This document shows positions 48,432 to 56,304 of a DNA stretch of 64,000 nt, piece after piece. The stretch covers positions 96,001 through 160,000 of the forward strand of contig RXIG01000001.1 of assembly GCA_004212155.1 (NCBI GenBank). Reading direction: 5' to 3'. Made by a program: the position numbers and the translations under genes. This DNA comes from an archaeon. Its GTDB lineage: Archaea > Methanobacteriota_B > Thermococci > Methanofastidiosales > NM3. The first letter of the stretch is position 1. Every line of letters begins with the position of its first letter. The notes below the pieces were generated by a model, which saw only the letters and a program-made list of their open reading frames with translations, was not told the origin of the DNA and made no database searches.

Positions 48432-48505
48432 CGCCCTCGCCGAGATTCGAACTCGGGATCTTCAGCTCCGCAGGCTGACGTCATATCCAGCTAGACCACG
48501 AGGGC
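48432..48505 (-). tRNA. tRNA-Arg(GCG)
   Basis: GCCCTCG/CGAGGGC acceptor stem, anticodon arm TCAGC-CTGCGGA-GCTGA, GTTCGAATC; TTTAAATA promoter ~30 nt upstream; CCA not encoded. Confidence 0.96.
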
Positions 48506-48558
48506 AACAGTTGACATAATTCGAAAACTTATTTAAATCTTTTTATTGCCCCTACTTC

Positions 48559-49605
48559 ATGGAAGCGTTTCCCGAAGGCACGTATCACGGCCCCATACCT
48601 GAAGGGTGTACGCTGTGCGCCCTCGGGGCGAAGATGGTCCTCTTCGTAACAGGCGCCTGTCTCGGGACCTGTTATTACTGTCCTCTTTCCGAGAAGAGAA
48701 AGGGTGTTTGGGCGACGTGGGCCAATGAGCGCAAGGTGTCCTCTGCAGAGGAGGCAGTGGATGAGGCCCGTTTGATGGATGCTCTTGGCACCGGTATCAC
48801 CGGCGGCGACCCATTGCTCGTGCTTGACGATACCATCACCTATGCCAGGGCACTCAAGGATGCGTTCGACCATCACCACATCCATCTCTATACGCCCGGG
48901 ACGCTCGTTGATTCGATGGCCATGCAATATATCGAGCAGGTAATCGACGAGATACGATTCCATCCCCCTGGCTACGACGTAGAAAGGATCGAGCTCGCGC
49001 TGCGTCATGACATCTCCGTTGGCGCAGAGGTCCCTGCGATCCCAGGTTTGAAAGATGACCTTATCTCATTTGCCTGCAGGCTTGACGACATCGGTGCCCA
49101 TTTTCTCAACCTTAACGAGCTCGAGTACTCCGAGACGAACGCATCGGGGCTCAGGGCGAGGGGATTTTCCTTTTCGACCGATTCGAACGCTGTCGAGGGA
49201 AGCGAGGAGCTTGCCATTGACATCGTCGGGGCCACGGCGGACCTTGACATCCCCGTGCATTACTGTTCTTCCCGGTTCAAGGACAGCATCCAGTTCAGGG
49301 AGCGCCTGAAGCGCCGTGCGAAGAACGTGAGAAAGAAGTATGAGGACATCGATGACGACGGCCTCCTTGTGCGAGGCGAGATCGAGGCGCATACTGTCAA
49401 GCGGAGAGACGAGGTGCTAAGCGCCATATCCGAGCTCTTCGAACGAGACGACGACATGGTAGAGGCGCGCGGAACGGCCGTACGTACCAGCTGGGCAGCT
49501 GTCGAGGAGCTTCGCGAGATCCTTAACATCCCCGGTGTTCAGTTCTCGATAGTAAAGGAATACCCCACCTATGATAGGCAAGTCGTAGAAAAAGAGATAC
49601 TCTAG
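48559..49605 (+). CDS. Archaeal radical SAM protein (COG2108-like)
   Basis: GC..C..GAKMVLFVTG.C...CYYCPLS, GITGGDPL, HIHLYT, DEIRFHP, LNLNELE and HYC motifs. Confidence 0.88.
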   Translation: MEAFPEGTYHGPIPEGCTLCALGAKMVLFVTGACLGTCYYCPLSEKRKGVWATWANERKVSSAEEAVDEARLMDALGTGITGGDPLLVLDDTITYARALKDAFDHHHIHLYTPGTLVDSMAMQYIEQVIDEIRFHPPGYDVERIELALRHDISVGAEVPAIPGLKDDLISFACRLDDIGAHFLNLNELEYSETNASGLRARGFSFSTDSNAVEGSEELAIDIVGATADLDIPVHYCSSRFKDSIQFRERLKRRAKNVRKKYEDIDDDGLLVRGEIEAHTVKRRDEVLSAISELFERDDDMVEARGTAVRTSWAAVEELREILNIPGVQFSIVKEYPTYDRQVVEKEIL

Positions 49606-50357
49606 GCCTTCTTGCCCATGTAGAGCATATACCCAAGCTTCTGTTCGCGAATGGCCTTCTCGCCCCTGCGCATGAGGTTTTCGAATCGTCCTGCATCGGC
49701 TGACGAGGCTTTAAGAAAGATGTTTGAGAAGAGGCGTATCTTCTTCCACTTCTGCAACAAGAGCTTCATGTTCTTCTCTGCGATCTGCTCCTTTTCCTCG
49801 GTGACGATGTTCGATAGGCCTGCCTGCTCCATGTAGTCCTTGAACGTTTCAACAGACAGGGAGGTGACCAGGCATGTAAGCTCCTTGAGCTCCTCTTGGT
49901 CCTCATCGCTCATCTCCGTTGTCGTGAAGTCGGCCATGGCAAACGTTCCCCCCTCCTTGAGGACTCGGCTACATTCGCTGATGGCCTTTGCCTTGTTGTC
50001 ATAGCATGACAGTGATCGTTCCAGGACGACGAGGTCAAACGTCCCATCCTCGAACGGGAGGTCTTCTGCAAAGCCCCTTACAAAGGAGACCTTCTTGGTA
50101 AGCTTTTCTCGGCGAGCGATCTTCTCGGCCTCCTTGATGTGCGCTTCGAAGATGTCGCTGCCCACGACGGTGCAACCGATCTCCTTTGCAAAATAGAATA
50201 CCGTCTCGCCACCCCTGCATGCCACTACCAGGATGTATGTGTTCTTGTCCACTGGAATTGTGTTGGTGAGTTCCTCGCGAATTTTCTGTGTTGTCGTGTA
50301 AAAGATGTCACCAAGGATCTTGTCGACAAAGCCCCTCTCGTATGCCTCTTCAACCAT
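49602..50357 (-). CDS. Class I SAM-dependent methyltransferase
   Basis: ILVVACRGG, GSDI, AEDLPFEDGTFD and RVLKEGG motifs. Confidence 0.85.
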   Translation of the reverse strand: MVEEAYERGFVDKILGDIFYTTTQKIREELTNTIPVDKNTYILVVACRGGETVFYFAKEIGCTVVGSDIFEAHIKEAEKIARREKLTKKVSFVRGFAEDLPFEDGTFDLVVLERSLSCYDNKAKAISECSRVLKEGGTFAMADFTTTEMSDEDQEELKELTCLVTSLSVETFKDYMEQAGLSNIVTEEKEQIAEKNMKLLLQKWKKIRLFSNIFLKASSADAGRFENLMRRGEKAIREQKLGYMLYMGKKA

Positions 50358-50593
50358 TGTACGTTAATAGGGGCGATAGATATATTAATTTTTTGTGGTA
50401 TCTAGAATATTATTCTATATTTTGTAATAAAATCACAAATGTACCTATATGTTATGCAATTATAAATTTTTATATATTGGTACTATAGTACCATGCAATG
50501 CGACACGTTGTCTACGTGTGCCACATAGCTGTCAAGAATGGTAGTTTTTCACCACTAAGCAATGTTTAAATAGTTTTCTATAGCAACGGGCAC

Positions 50594-51202
50594 ATGGGAA
50601 AACGAAGGCATCTGGCATGTTTGCTTGTCGTTTGCGTGACGCTCATACTCATCATGGTCGAGGATGCGTTGCCCGCATCGTCGTTTGATGGCTTTATATA
50701 CAAGGAGTTCGTACTCTATCTTGCAATACCCCTCGTGGCCGCATACGCTCTTCGCAGATCCGTGCGCCCATTTGGCTTTGCACTAGGCGACAGGAAGAAG
50801 GTGGCCCGGTATGCAGTGATGCTCTACGGGATTGGCATACCTTTCATGATCGTGGGGTCGCGCATGAGCGCATTTCGTGCGTATTATCCTCGTTTCTCAT
50901 TCGGCTCCTGGGAGGAGCTTGTATACTGGGAGCTCATGATAGGTGTTTTGATGCTCTCGACCGAGTTTTTCTTTCGTGGATTTCTCATGTTCGGGTGCAA
51001 GCGTGTCGGCAGGTGGGCCATACTGCTACAGGCCGTCCCCTATGCTTACATCCACCTGGGCAAGCCGATGCTCGAGGTCTACTACTCATTCTTCGCGGGC
51101 CTTGCGTTCGGATACATCGACTGGGAGTCCAAAAGCATCCTTCCTTCGTTTCTCGTTCACTGGTGCGCATCGGTGACCTTTGACATCCTCTGCATGGTGT
51201 GA
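50594..51202 (+). CDS. CPBP/CAAX intramembrane metalloprotease
   Basis: TEFFFRG, YIH.GKP and S.LP..LVH motifs; multi-TM. Confidence 0.85.
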   Translation: MGKRRHLACLLVVCVTLILIMVEDALPASSFDGFIYKEFVLYLAIPLVAAYALRRSVRPFGFALGDRKKVARYAVMLYGIGIPFMIVGSRMSAFRAYYPRFSFGSWEELVYWELMIGVLMLSTEFFFRGFLMFGCKRVGRWAILLQAVPYAYIHLGKPMLEVYYSFFAGLAFGYIDWESKSILPSFLVHWCASVTFDILCMV

Positions 51203-51233
51203 TAATCTTTATAAGCGAATCCTCAGAGAGTAT

Positions 51234-51791
51234 ATGACAACGATGAGGGCCCATTACAAGTATCCATTCTTGCTCGTGCTCGTCACGATCGTGGGCGTGG
51301 CGGTGTTTTCACTCTTCTACACGCCGGAACAGAGCCTCTCTATCGTGCTCCATGAGCGTGACACGAACATGACGGTCCATGTTCCCCTGTCGACCGTGCT
51401 CGAGCGATGCGAGGTAAAGGAACGGATCGTAAACGATGTGTGGCGAAACGAACTGATGACGTATGACTGCATCACGCTGCACGAGCTCCTTACGGATTCG
51501 GGGTATTTCTCCGAAGCACAGGAAGGCTTCGTATGCATGACAAACATACAGGGCACGATGGTATGCATACCAAGGGAGGACATCGCTGCCCATCCGCAAC
51601 AGTTCCTCTTCGCAGTGGGGCGATCGGGTGAGGACCTTGCCGTAAGCTTTTCCAACACACCCGAAGCAGGGGGCCCGATGCGCGTGCTTATCGAATATGA
51701 CGATACGCTTACTCAGGAGGAATACGGCCCATCGTACTGGATGTGGTGCGTCTACAAGATCAGTCTTGTACGAGAAGATCCTCGCTCGTGA
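51234..51791 (+). CDS. Secreted/membrane-anchored hypothetical protein
   Basis: N-terminal TM; GGPMRV..E and W...VYKI loosely resemble molybdopterin-oxidoreductase-like domains. Confidence 0.55.
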   Translation: MTTMRAHYKYPFLLVLVTIVGVAVFSLFYTPEQSLSIVLHERDTNMTVHVPLSTVLERCEVKERIVNDVWRNELMTYDCITLHELLTDSGYFSEAQEGFVCMTNIQGTMVCIPREDIAAHPQQFLFAVGRSGEDLAVSFSNTPEAGGPMRVLIEYDDTLTQEEYGPSYWMWCVYKISLVREDPRS

Positions 51792-51984
51792 CGTTAAGGA
51801 TCACGCTATCACCGAGCTTGGACACCTTGTCCATGCTCACGAGGACCGATGTGCGAAATCCCTTGTGCACCTCGAGTGCCGTGATGGCATACGTAGTGGC
51901 GTCGAACTCCACATCGTGTACCTTGCCCATTTCCCGGGCATCAACATCATATACCCGTTTTCCCAAGAGCGACTTTACCATCAT
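51760..51984 (-). CDS. Stand-alone PRC-barrel protein (CdpB-like)
   Basis: LLGKRVYD....MGKV.DVEFD and V.KLGDSVIL motifs. Confidence 0.82.
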   Translation of the reverse strand: MMVKSLLGKRVYDVDAREMGKVHDVEFDATTYAITALEVHKGFRTSVLVSMDKVSKLGDSVILNVTSEDLLVQD

Positions 51985-52097
51985 TGTGAACACCTTTTTT
52001 ATTATCATTACGGGCTGTTAATTATTTTTATTCTCTGCACTCTAAATTATATATTAGTGTCTATAAAAAACACTTCTATCCTTTAAAACCAAAAGAT

Positions 52098-52117
52098 TTA
52101 TAAGTATATACTTATAT
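52098..52117. promoter_or_regulatory. Palindromic operator, probably ArsR-type
   Basis: TATAAGTATATACTTATA (52099-52116) is a perfect 18-bp palindrome overlapping the TATA region of the DGC gene; similar box at 61417-61436. Confidence 0.65.
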
Positions 52118-52144
52118 CTATATATATTGAAGATAGGAAATGAT

Positions 52145-52819
52145 ATGATGAAGATTGGATTTTTACCCTGTCAGGGGACTTGTAATGTAGGAGTCATGAC
52201 CTCAAAAATAGCTATGGGATTTGCAGAAAAAGGGGTCGGCGACATGGTATGCCCGCTTGGTATACCTTTGGGTCTAGAAGGGATACTAAAGAAGGCAAAA
52301 ACAAATGATCGATTCATTGCATTGAACGGCTGCACCCTCAAATGTGCTTCAAAGACATTGGATTCGGCAGATCTACGAGAATATCAGGAAGTAGTGCTTA
52401 CTTCAGATTTCGGCATTGAAAAAAACAAGAACTACCATGAGGAGAATGGAATGGAACGGGTGGCAAAACACGTTTCCCAAATGCTTTCTGAAATGTTGGA
52501 AAAAGACGTGGAGTCCCCTATATTTCCTTCCGAACAAGAAAAACAAGAAAGAAGTGGTACCATGGACGAAGAACTGATGGAAAAGATAAAAACCCTAAGC
52601 AACGATGAGAAAGAGGAGGTCATTCGTATAATCCTTCCTGAAGCCTGTAAGGATATGCAACAGATGAAACGAATGATGATGCCTATTTGCATGGATATGA
52701 TGCAAAAAGGAAATACTACCATGGATGAGATGATGGGCATGATGATGAAGATGAGCAAAGAAATGCGCGAATCACAGAAAAAGCCCCCTCACAATGGATG
52801 CGGCTGCGGATGTTGCTAA
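52145..52819 (+). CDS. DGC-family putative zinc-binding protein with Met-rich and Cys-rich tail
   Basis: PCQGTCNVG, MVC, IALNGCTLKCA.K and DFGIEK (DGC domain); Met-rich helix; C-terminal HNGCGCGCC. Confidence 0.8.
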   Translation: MMKIGFLPCQGTCNVGVMTSKIAMGFAEKGVGDMVCPLGIPLGLEGILKKAKTNDRFIALNGCTLKCASKTLDSADLREYQEVVLTSDFGIEKNKNYHEENGMERVAKHVSQMLSEMLEKDVESPIFPSEQEKQERSGTMDEELMEKIKTLSNDEKEEVIRIILPEACKDMQQMKRMMMPICMDMMQKGNTTMDEMMGMMMKMSKEMRESQKKPPHNGCGCGCC

Positions 52820-53036
52820 ATAAGCTGTAAGATCGTGTACCAGAAACCACATTCATTTGGTGATCGTCGAGGCTTCAGTTGCCAGAGTATGTATTACACC
52901 CCCTGTGGCATAAAACCAATGTCATGAGCCCGGGGCTCTGGGAGATGACATTCAAGACCCAGTTGCTTTGGGGTTAGGTAGGGGAATGATTTCCAAGCTT
53001 CATTCGTATGAATGGCAATGAACACAAATCAAAAAC

Positions 53037-53411
53037 ATGATGGACATGGATCATACAATTGATATCTTCAGAATGCTGTCAGATGAATCAAGATTACGGT
53101 TGCTTATACTGTTGTCTTACCAACCGTTATGCGTATGCCAGTTGTCCGAGATAATGGAAAAAACCCAACCTGCCATCTCCAGCCATCTGGCAAAACTACG
53201 TGCTAATGGCCTTGTTGCATACGACAAACATGGACAATGGGTATTCTATCATCTAAAATATGATAACGAAGTTCTAGATTTACTGTTAAAGTATCTGGTA
53301 CATAATCGTACGAGCTTTCCCACTCTAGAAAAGGATAGAGCGGCGTACGATTCCGTGGTAAGAGGGGACACCAAATGCCAACATGGCATAGGGGTGAAAA
53401 ATGATGAATGA
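53037..53411 (+). CDS. arsR: ArsR/SmtB transcriptional regulator
   Basis: FRMLSDESRLRLL, LCVCQL, QPAISSHLAKLR..GLV and GQWVFY motifs. Confidence 0.92.
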   Translation: MMDMDHTIDIFRMLSDESRLRLLILLSYQPLCVCQLSEIMEKTQPAISSHLAKLRANGLVAYDKHGQWVFYHLKYDNEVLDLLLKYLVHNRTSFPTLEKDRAAYDSVVRGDTKCQHGIGVKNDE

Positions 53412-54135
53412 ATATCAGGTGATGGAAACACGACTCGTTGAACTTCTTCATCTATCACGATGTCCTGTGGGCGTAAAGTTCCTAGATTCAAAAAATACAA
53501 ATAATTATAAAGATTTGCTTGAATCGAGCAAAAGAGTACGATATTGCCAAGCGTTGATGCTCGCAGGCAAGGGGGAAAGAATCGTTCTTTCCAAAGATAA
53601 AATAGCATGCCCTGCTGCCTCGGCAGCTTTTGGATTCGCACCTCTGACCGAGGCTTTAGAGAGTGGGAAGATGCTTCATACATTGGGTCTTTTCGAGAGC
53701 ATCGAATCTTCTAGAGAGCTCATGGCAAAAATGCCCAGACTTGTTGCCGGGGCTTATGATGCAGTGTTGCTCAGTCCTTTGGGATGTATGGTAGAAGACC
53801 CAGACATCGTGGTATTGGAATCCCAGCCAGAGCACCTGATGTGGGTTGCACTTGCTAGCATCTATACAACTGGCGAAAGGATGAAATTCAGTACTGGCGT
53901 ATTTCAGGCAACATGTGTGGATGCCACAGTAGTGCCTTTTCGTGATCACAAGCTCAATGCTAGTCTTGGATGTTATGGGTGCAGGGACTCGACAGACATA
54001 GGAAAAGATGAAGTGTTAGTAGGGTTTCCATACTGTTCTACAATACCCATCATACGTGCCTTAGAGCAATTGTCAACAAAACCAATGAAGCGCGTGAGGG
54101 AAAAAACAGCGCTAAAACACCTAAATAAATGTTGA
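53401..54135 (+). CDS. DUF169 family protein
   Basis: PVGVKF, RYCQ, CPAAS.AFG, QATC.D and SLGCYGCR motifs. Confidence 0.88.
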   Translation: MMNEYQVMETRLVELLHLSRCPVGVKFLDSKNTNNYKDLLESSKRVRYCQALMLAGKGERIVLSKDKIACPAASAAFGFAPLTEALESGKMLHTLGLFESIESSRELMAKMPRLVAGAYDAVLLSPLGCMVEDPDIVVLESQPEHLMWVALASIYTTGERMKFSTGVFQATCVDATVVPFRDHKLNASLGCYGCRDSTDIGKDEVLVGFPYCSTIPIIRALEQLSTKPMKRVREKTALKHLNKC

Positions 54136-54205
54136 TTATATACTAAAATCTATAATCGTAAGTATTATATGGATAAAGTCGATAATAAAACAGGGTGATG
54201 AAGCG

Positions 54206-54427
54206 ATGACCGATACTTGGTATCCTATAATTGATATGGTGCGATGCACCAAATGTCTGGAATGTGTGAACTTCTGTCCACATGATGTGTTTACTGTTGA
54301 GAATGATCGACCCATAGTGGAGCATCCGGAGAACTGTGTTGAGTTTTGCAGGGGCTGCCAAAGAGGCGCTTGCGAATATGAAGCTATTCTATTTCGTGGC
54401 GGGGATGTATGTATGGAGGAATTCTGA
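54206..54427 (+). CDS. Ferredoxin (2x[4Fe-4S])
   Basis: CTKCLECVNFCP and CVEFCRGC..AC motifs. Confidence 0.88.
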   Translation: MTDTWYPIIDMVRCTKCLECVNFCPHDVFTVENDRPIVEHPENCVEFCRGCQRGACEYEAILFRGGDVCMEEF

Positions 54428-54786
54428 TGGGGAAGAAAGGTCTAATCGTATGTGTATGCCAAGGCACATGCCCTTCATTCCAAAAGATGAATGTATTCAA
54501 TGTGCTCAATGCTATACGAAGGAAAAAACTAGTTGATTTCGTTTCACTCCATCCACAGCTATGTGCCAAGGATGGCGACGAATACCTTCGGACGCTACTA
54601 TCAAATACTGATATTGATAGATTGTATGTGGCAGCCTGTGAGTCTCATATGCAGGAGAAGATGTTTGAGCGAGCTTTCAACGATGCAGGCTTTGATCCTT
54701 CAAAACATTCGTCTGTCGATATACGCAACATGAACACCGAGGAAGCTGTGACCGCAATTACAAAGCTCATCGAGGAAAATCCCTAA
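54427..54786 (+). CDS. Stand-alone HdrA N-terminal-like domain protein
   Basis: VCVCQGTC, LC..DG, LYVAAC and F..AGF.P....VDIR resemble the HdrA N-terminal domain. Confidence 0.7.
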   Translation: MGKKGLIVCVCQGTCPSFQKMNVFNVLNAIRRKKLVDFVSLHPQLCAKDGDEYLRTLLSNTDIDRLYVAACESHMQEKMFERAFNDAGFDPSKHSSVDIRNMNTEEAVTAITKLIEENP

Positions 54787-55015
54787 TTCGTATGTCCTCG
54801 GCATCCGCGCTTCGGCCGAAGAGAATGTGAATTCAAAAACACATGCACCATATCTTTTCAACGTCGTATCCCATGTAGCGGGATATTTTTCATTTTTTTT
54901 CTGCATATTTTATGTAGAAAAAAATAGGCTAGTAATTATTAATATTATAATATTATAGTAGTATCAACTTCGTGGATGTCACAATCTTTATATTAACGTA
55001 TTCTACCACTCTCAC

Positions 55016-55636
55016 ATGCTTAAGATCATCATAGCCGAAGCAGAGCTTGAACCAATGCCCCGCTCGCTTCGCAGCCTTCCAGTCATGAAGAAGAAATATG
55101 GACGAAAGGATGTGGTCCTGCTTGATAGCAACTACCATCATACCTCGATGCAGACACTCCCCGATGCATATCGAAGAGGGAGGCCGGACATCGTGCACGT
55201 CTGCCTGCTCAATGCCCTTGAGTCTCCGCTCAACAAGGACGGAGGGCTGGAGGTATACGTCCATACCCGCAATGACAAGGTCATATACATCGACCCGTCG
55301 TGGAAGGTCCCCAAATCATACAATAGATTCGTGGGATTGATGGAACAGCTCTTTTCAACCCGCCGCATCACAGCAGGTGATACCGAACTGCTCCGTATGG
55401 TGAACAAGACGTTGCCAGACCTCATCACCGAGGTATCCAGCGGCATGCCTGTCAAGGTGATGCACTACGAGGGCGCCCCGTATGAGCCGGACCCTGACGA
55501 GGTCCTCGTCATCGGAGGATTCCCTCATGGCGATTTTGTCAGCGACCTCCCCTTTTCGCGTTTTTCGATCCATGGCGAAGAGCTTGTGGCATGGGCAGTG
55601 CTCAACCATGTCGTATACGGCGCGCACGGTACATAG
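55016..55636 (+). CDS. nep1: rRNA pseudouridine N1-methyltransferase Nep1/Emg1
   Basis: IIAEAELE, LLDSNYHH, RGRPDIVH, SPLNK, YNRFVGLMEQL and IGGFPHGDF motifs. Confidence 0.93.
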   Translation: MLKIIIAEAELEPMPRSLRSLPVMKKKYGRKDVVLLDSNYHHTSMQTLPDAYRRGRPDIVHVCLLNALESPLNKDGGLEVYVHTRNDKVIYIDPSWKVPKSYNRFVGLMEQLFSTRRITAGDTELLRMVNKTLPDLITEVSSGMPVKVMHYEGAPYEPDPDEVLVIGGFPHGDFVSDLPFSRFSIHGEELVAWAVLNHVVYGAHGT

Positions 55637-55668
55637 GTTTAAATATTTCTCACATACTCTCATACGAT

Positions 55669-56304
55669 ATGAAGTGGAAGCGCCGAAGGCGCCAAAGACA
55701 AAAGATCGCTTCCAGGCACATATCCCGCCTCTTCGACCTTGCAATGGCATACGTGCATGAGAACCCGGCACGCGCCCGCCGCTATATCGAGATGGCGCGT
55801 TCCATCTCCCGCAAGCACAAGGTATCGTTTTCCAAGGAACAGAAACGGTCATATTGCGCGGCATGCAATCTCCCTCTCGTTACCGGTTCCACGGCACGGG
55901 TCAGGATCGGGCATGGCAGGGTGAGCATCACGTGCCTTTCGTGCGGACACGTTAAACGGTATCCCTACCGCAAGGAACGGCGCCTGGCGCGCACGCGCCG
56001 CCGTGGTTATGCAGAAACCAAGGTCAAGGGAGGGCTCGTCTGCGTTGATGTCACACTCGAGGGCCGTGCCATCAAAGACATACAGATAAGCGGTGATTTT
56101 TTCTTCTATCCGGAGGAGAAGCTCTCCTTGCTCGAAGATCGCATGCGCCATGTCCAGACGTTCAAGGTACGAGATGCCGTGCACGCATTCTTCGAGCAGG
56201 AGGGCGTGAAGGCGCCGGGCATGACGCCTGACGAACTTGCCGGCGCCATCATGCGCGCCTCAGGCAGGGCAATGCCCCTTAAAAGTTGGCCTTCACCGTC
56301 TTGA
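55669..56304 (+). CDS. rnp4: RNase P protein Rpp21 fused to a lipoate-protein ligase C-terminal (LplB-like) domain
   Basis: IA..HI.RLF.LA, ARRY, KRSYCAAC..PL.....RVRI and TCLSCG..KRYPY (Rpp21), followed in frame by KVKGGL..V.V...I.DI.ISGDFFFYPEE....LE and G.TP..L (LplB). Confidence 0.88.
   Translation: MKWKRRRRQRQKIASRHISRLFDLAMAYVHENPARARRYIEMARSISRKHKVSFSKEQKRSYCAACNLPLVTGSTARVRIGHGRVSITCLSCGHVKRYPYRKERRLARTRRRGYAETKVKGGLVCVDVTLEGRAIKDIQISGDFFFYPEEKLSLLEDRMRHVQTFKVRDAVHAFFEQEGVKAPGMTPDELAGAIMRASGRAMPLKSWPSPS

Noticed and set aside
48418-48478. ATGATGA...CCGA...CTGA resembling a C/D RNA on +
   Set aside because: It is the antisense of tRNA-Arg; there is no C' box and the spacing is wrong.
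50238-50258. Second TTCCAGTGGACA ORB-like match (minus strand)
   Set aside because: Inside the methyltransferase CDS (IPVDK) and lacks the G-string; probably chance.
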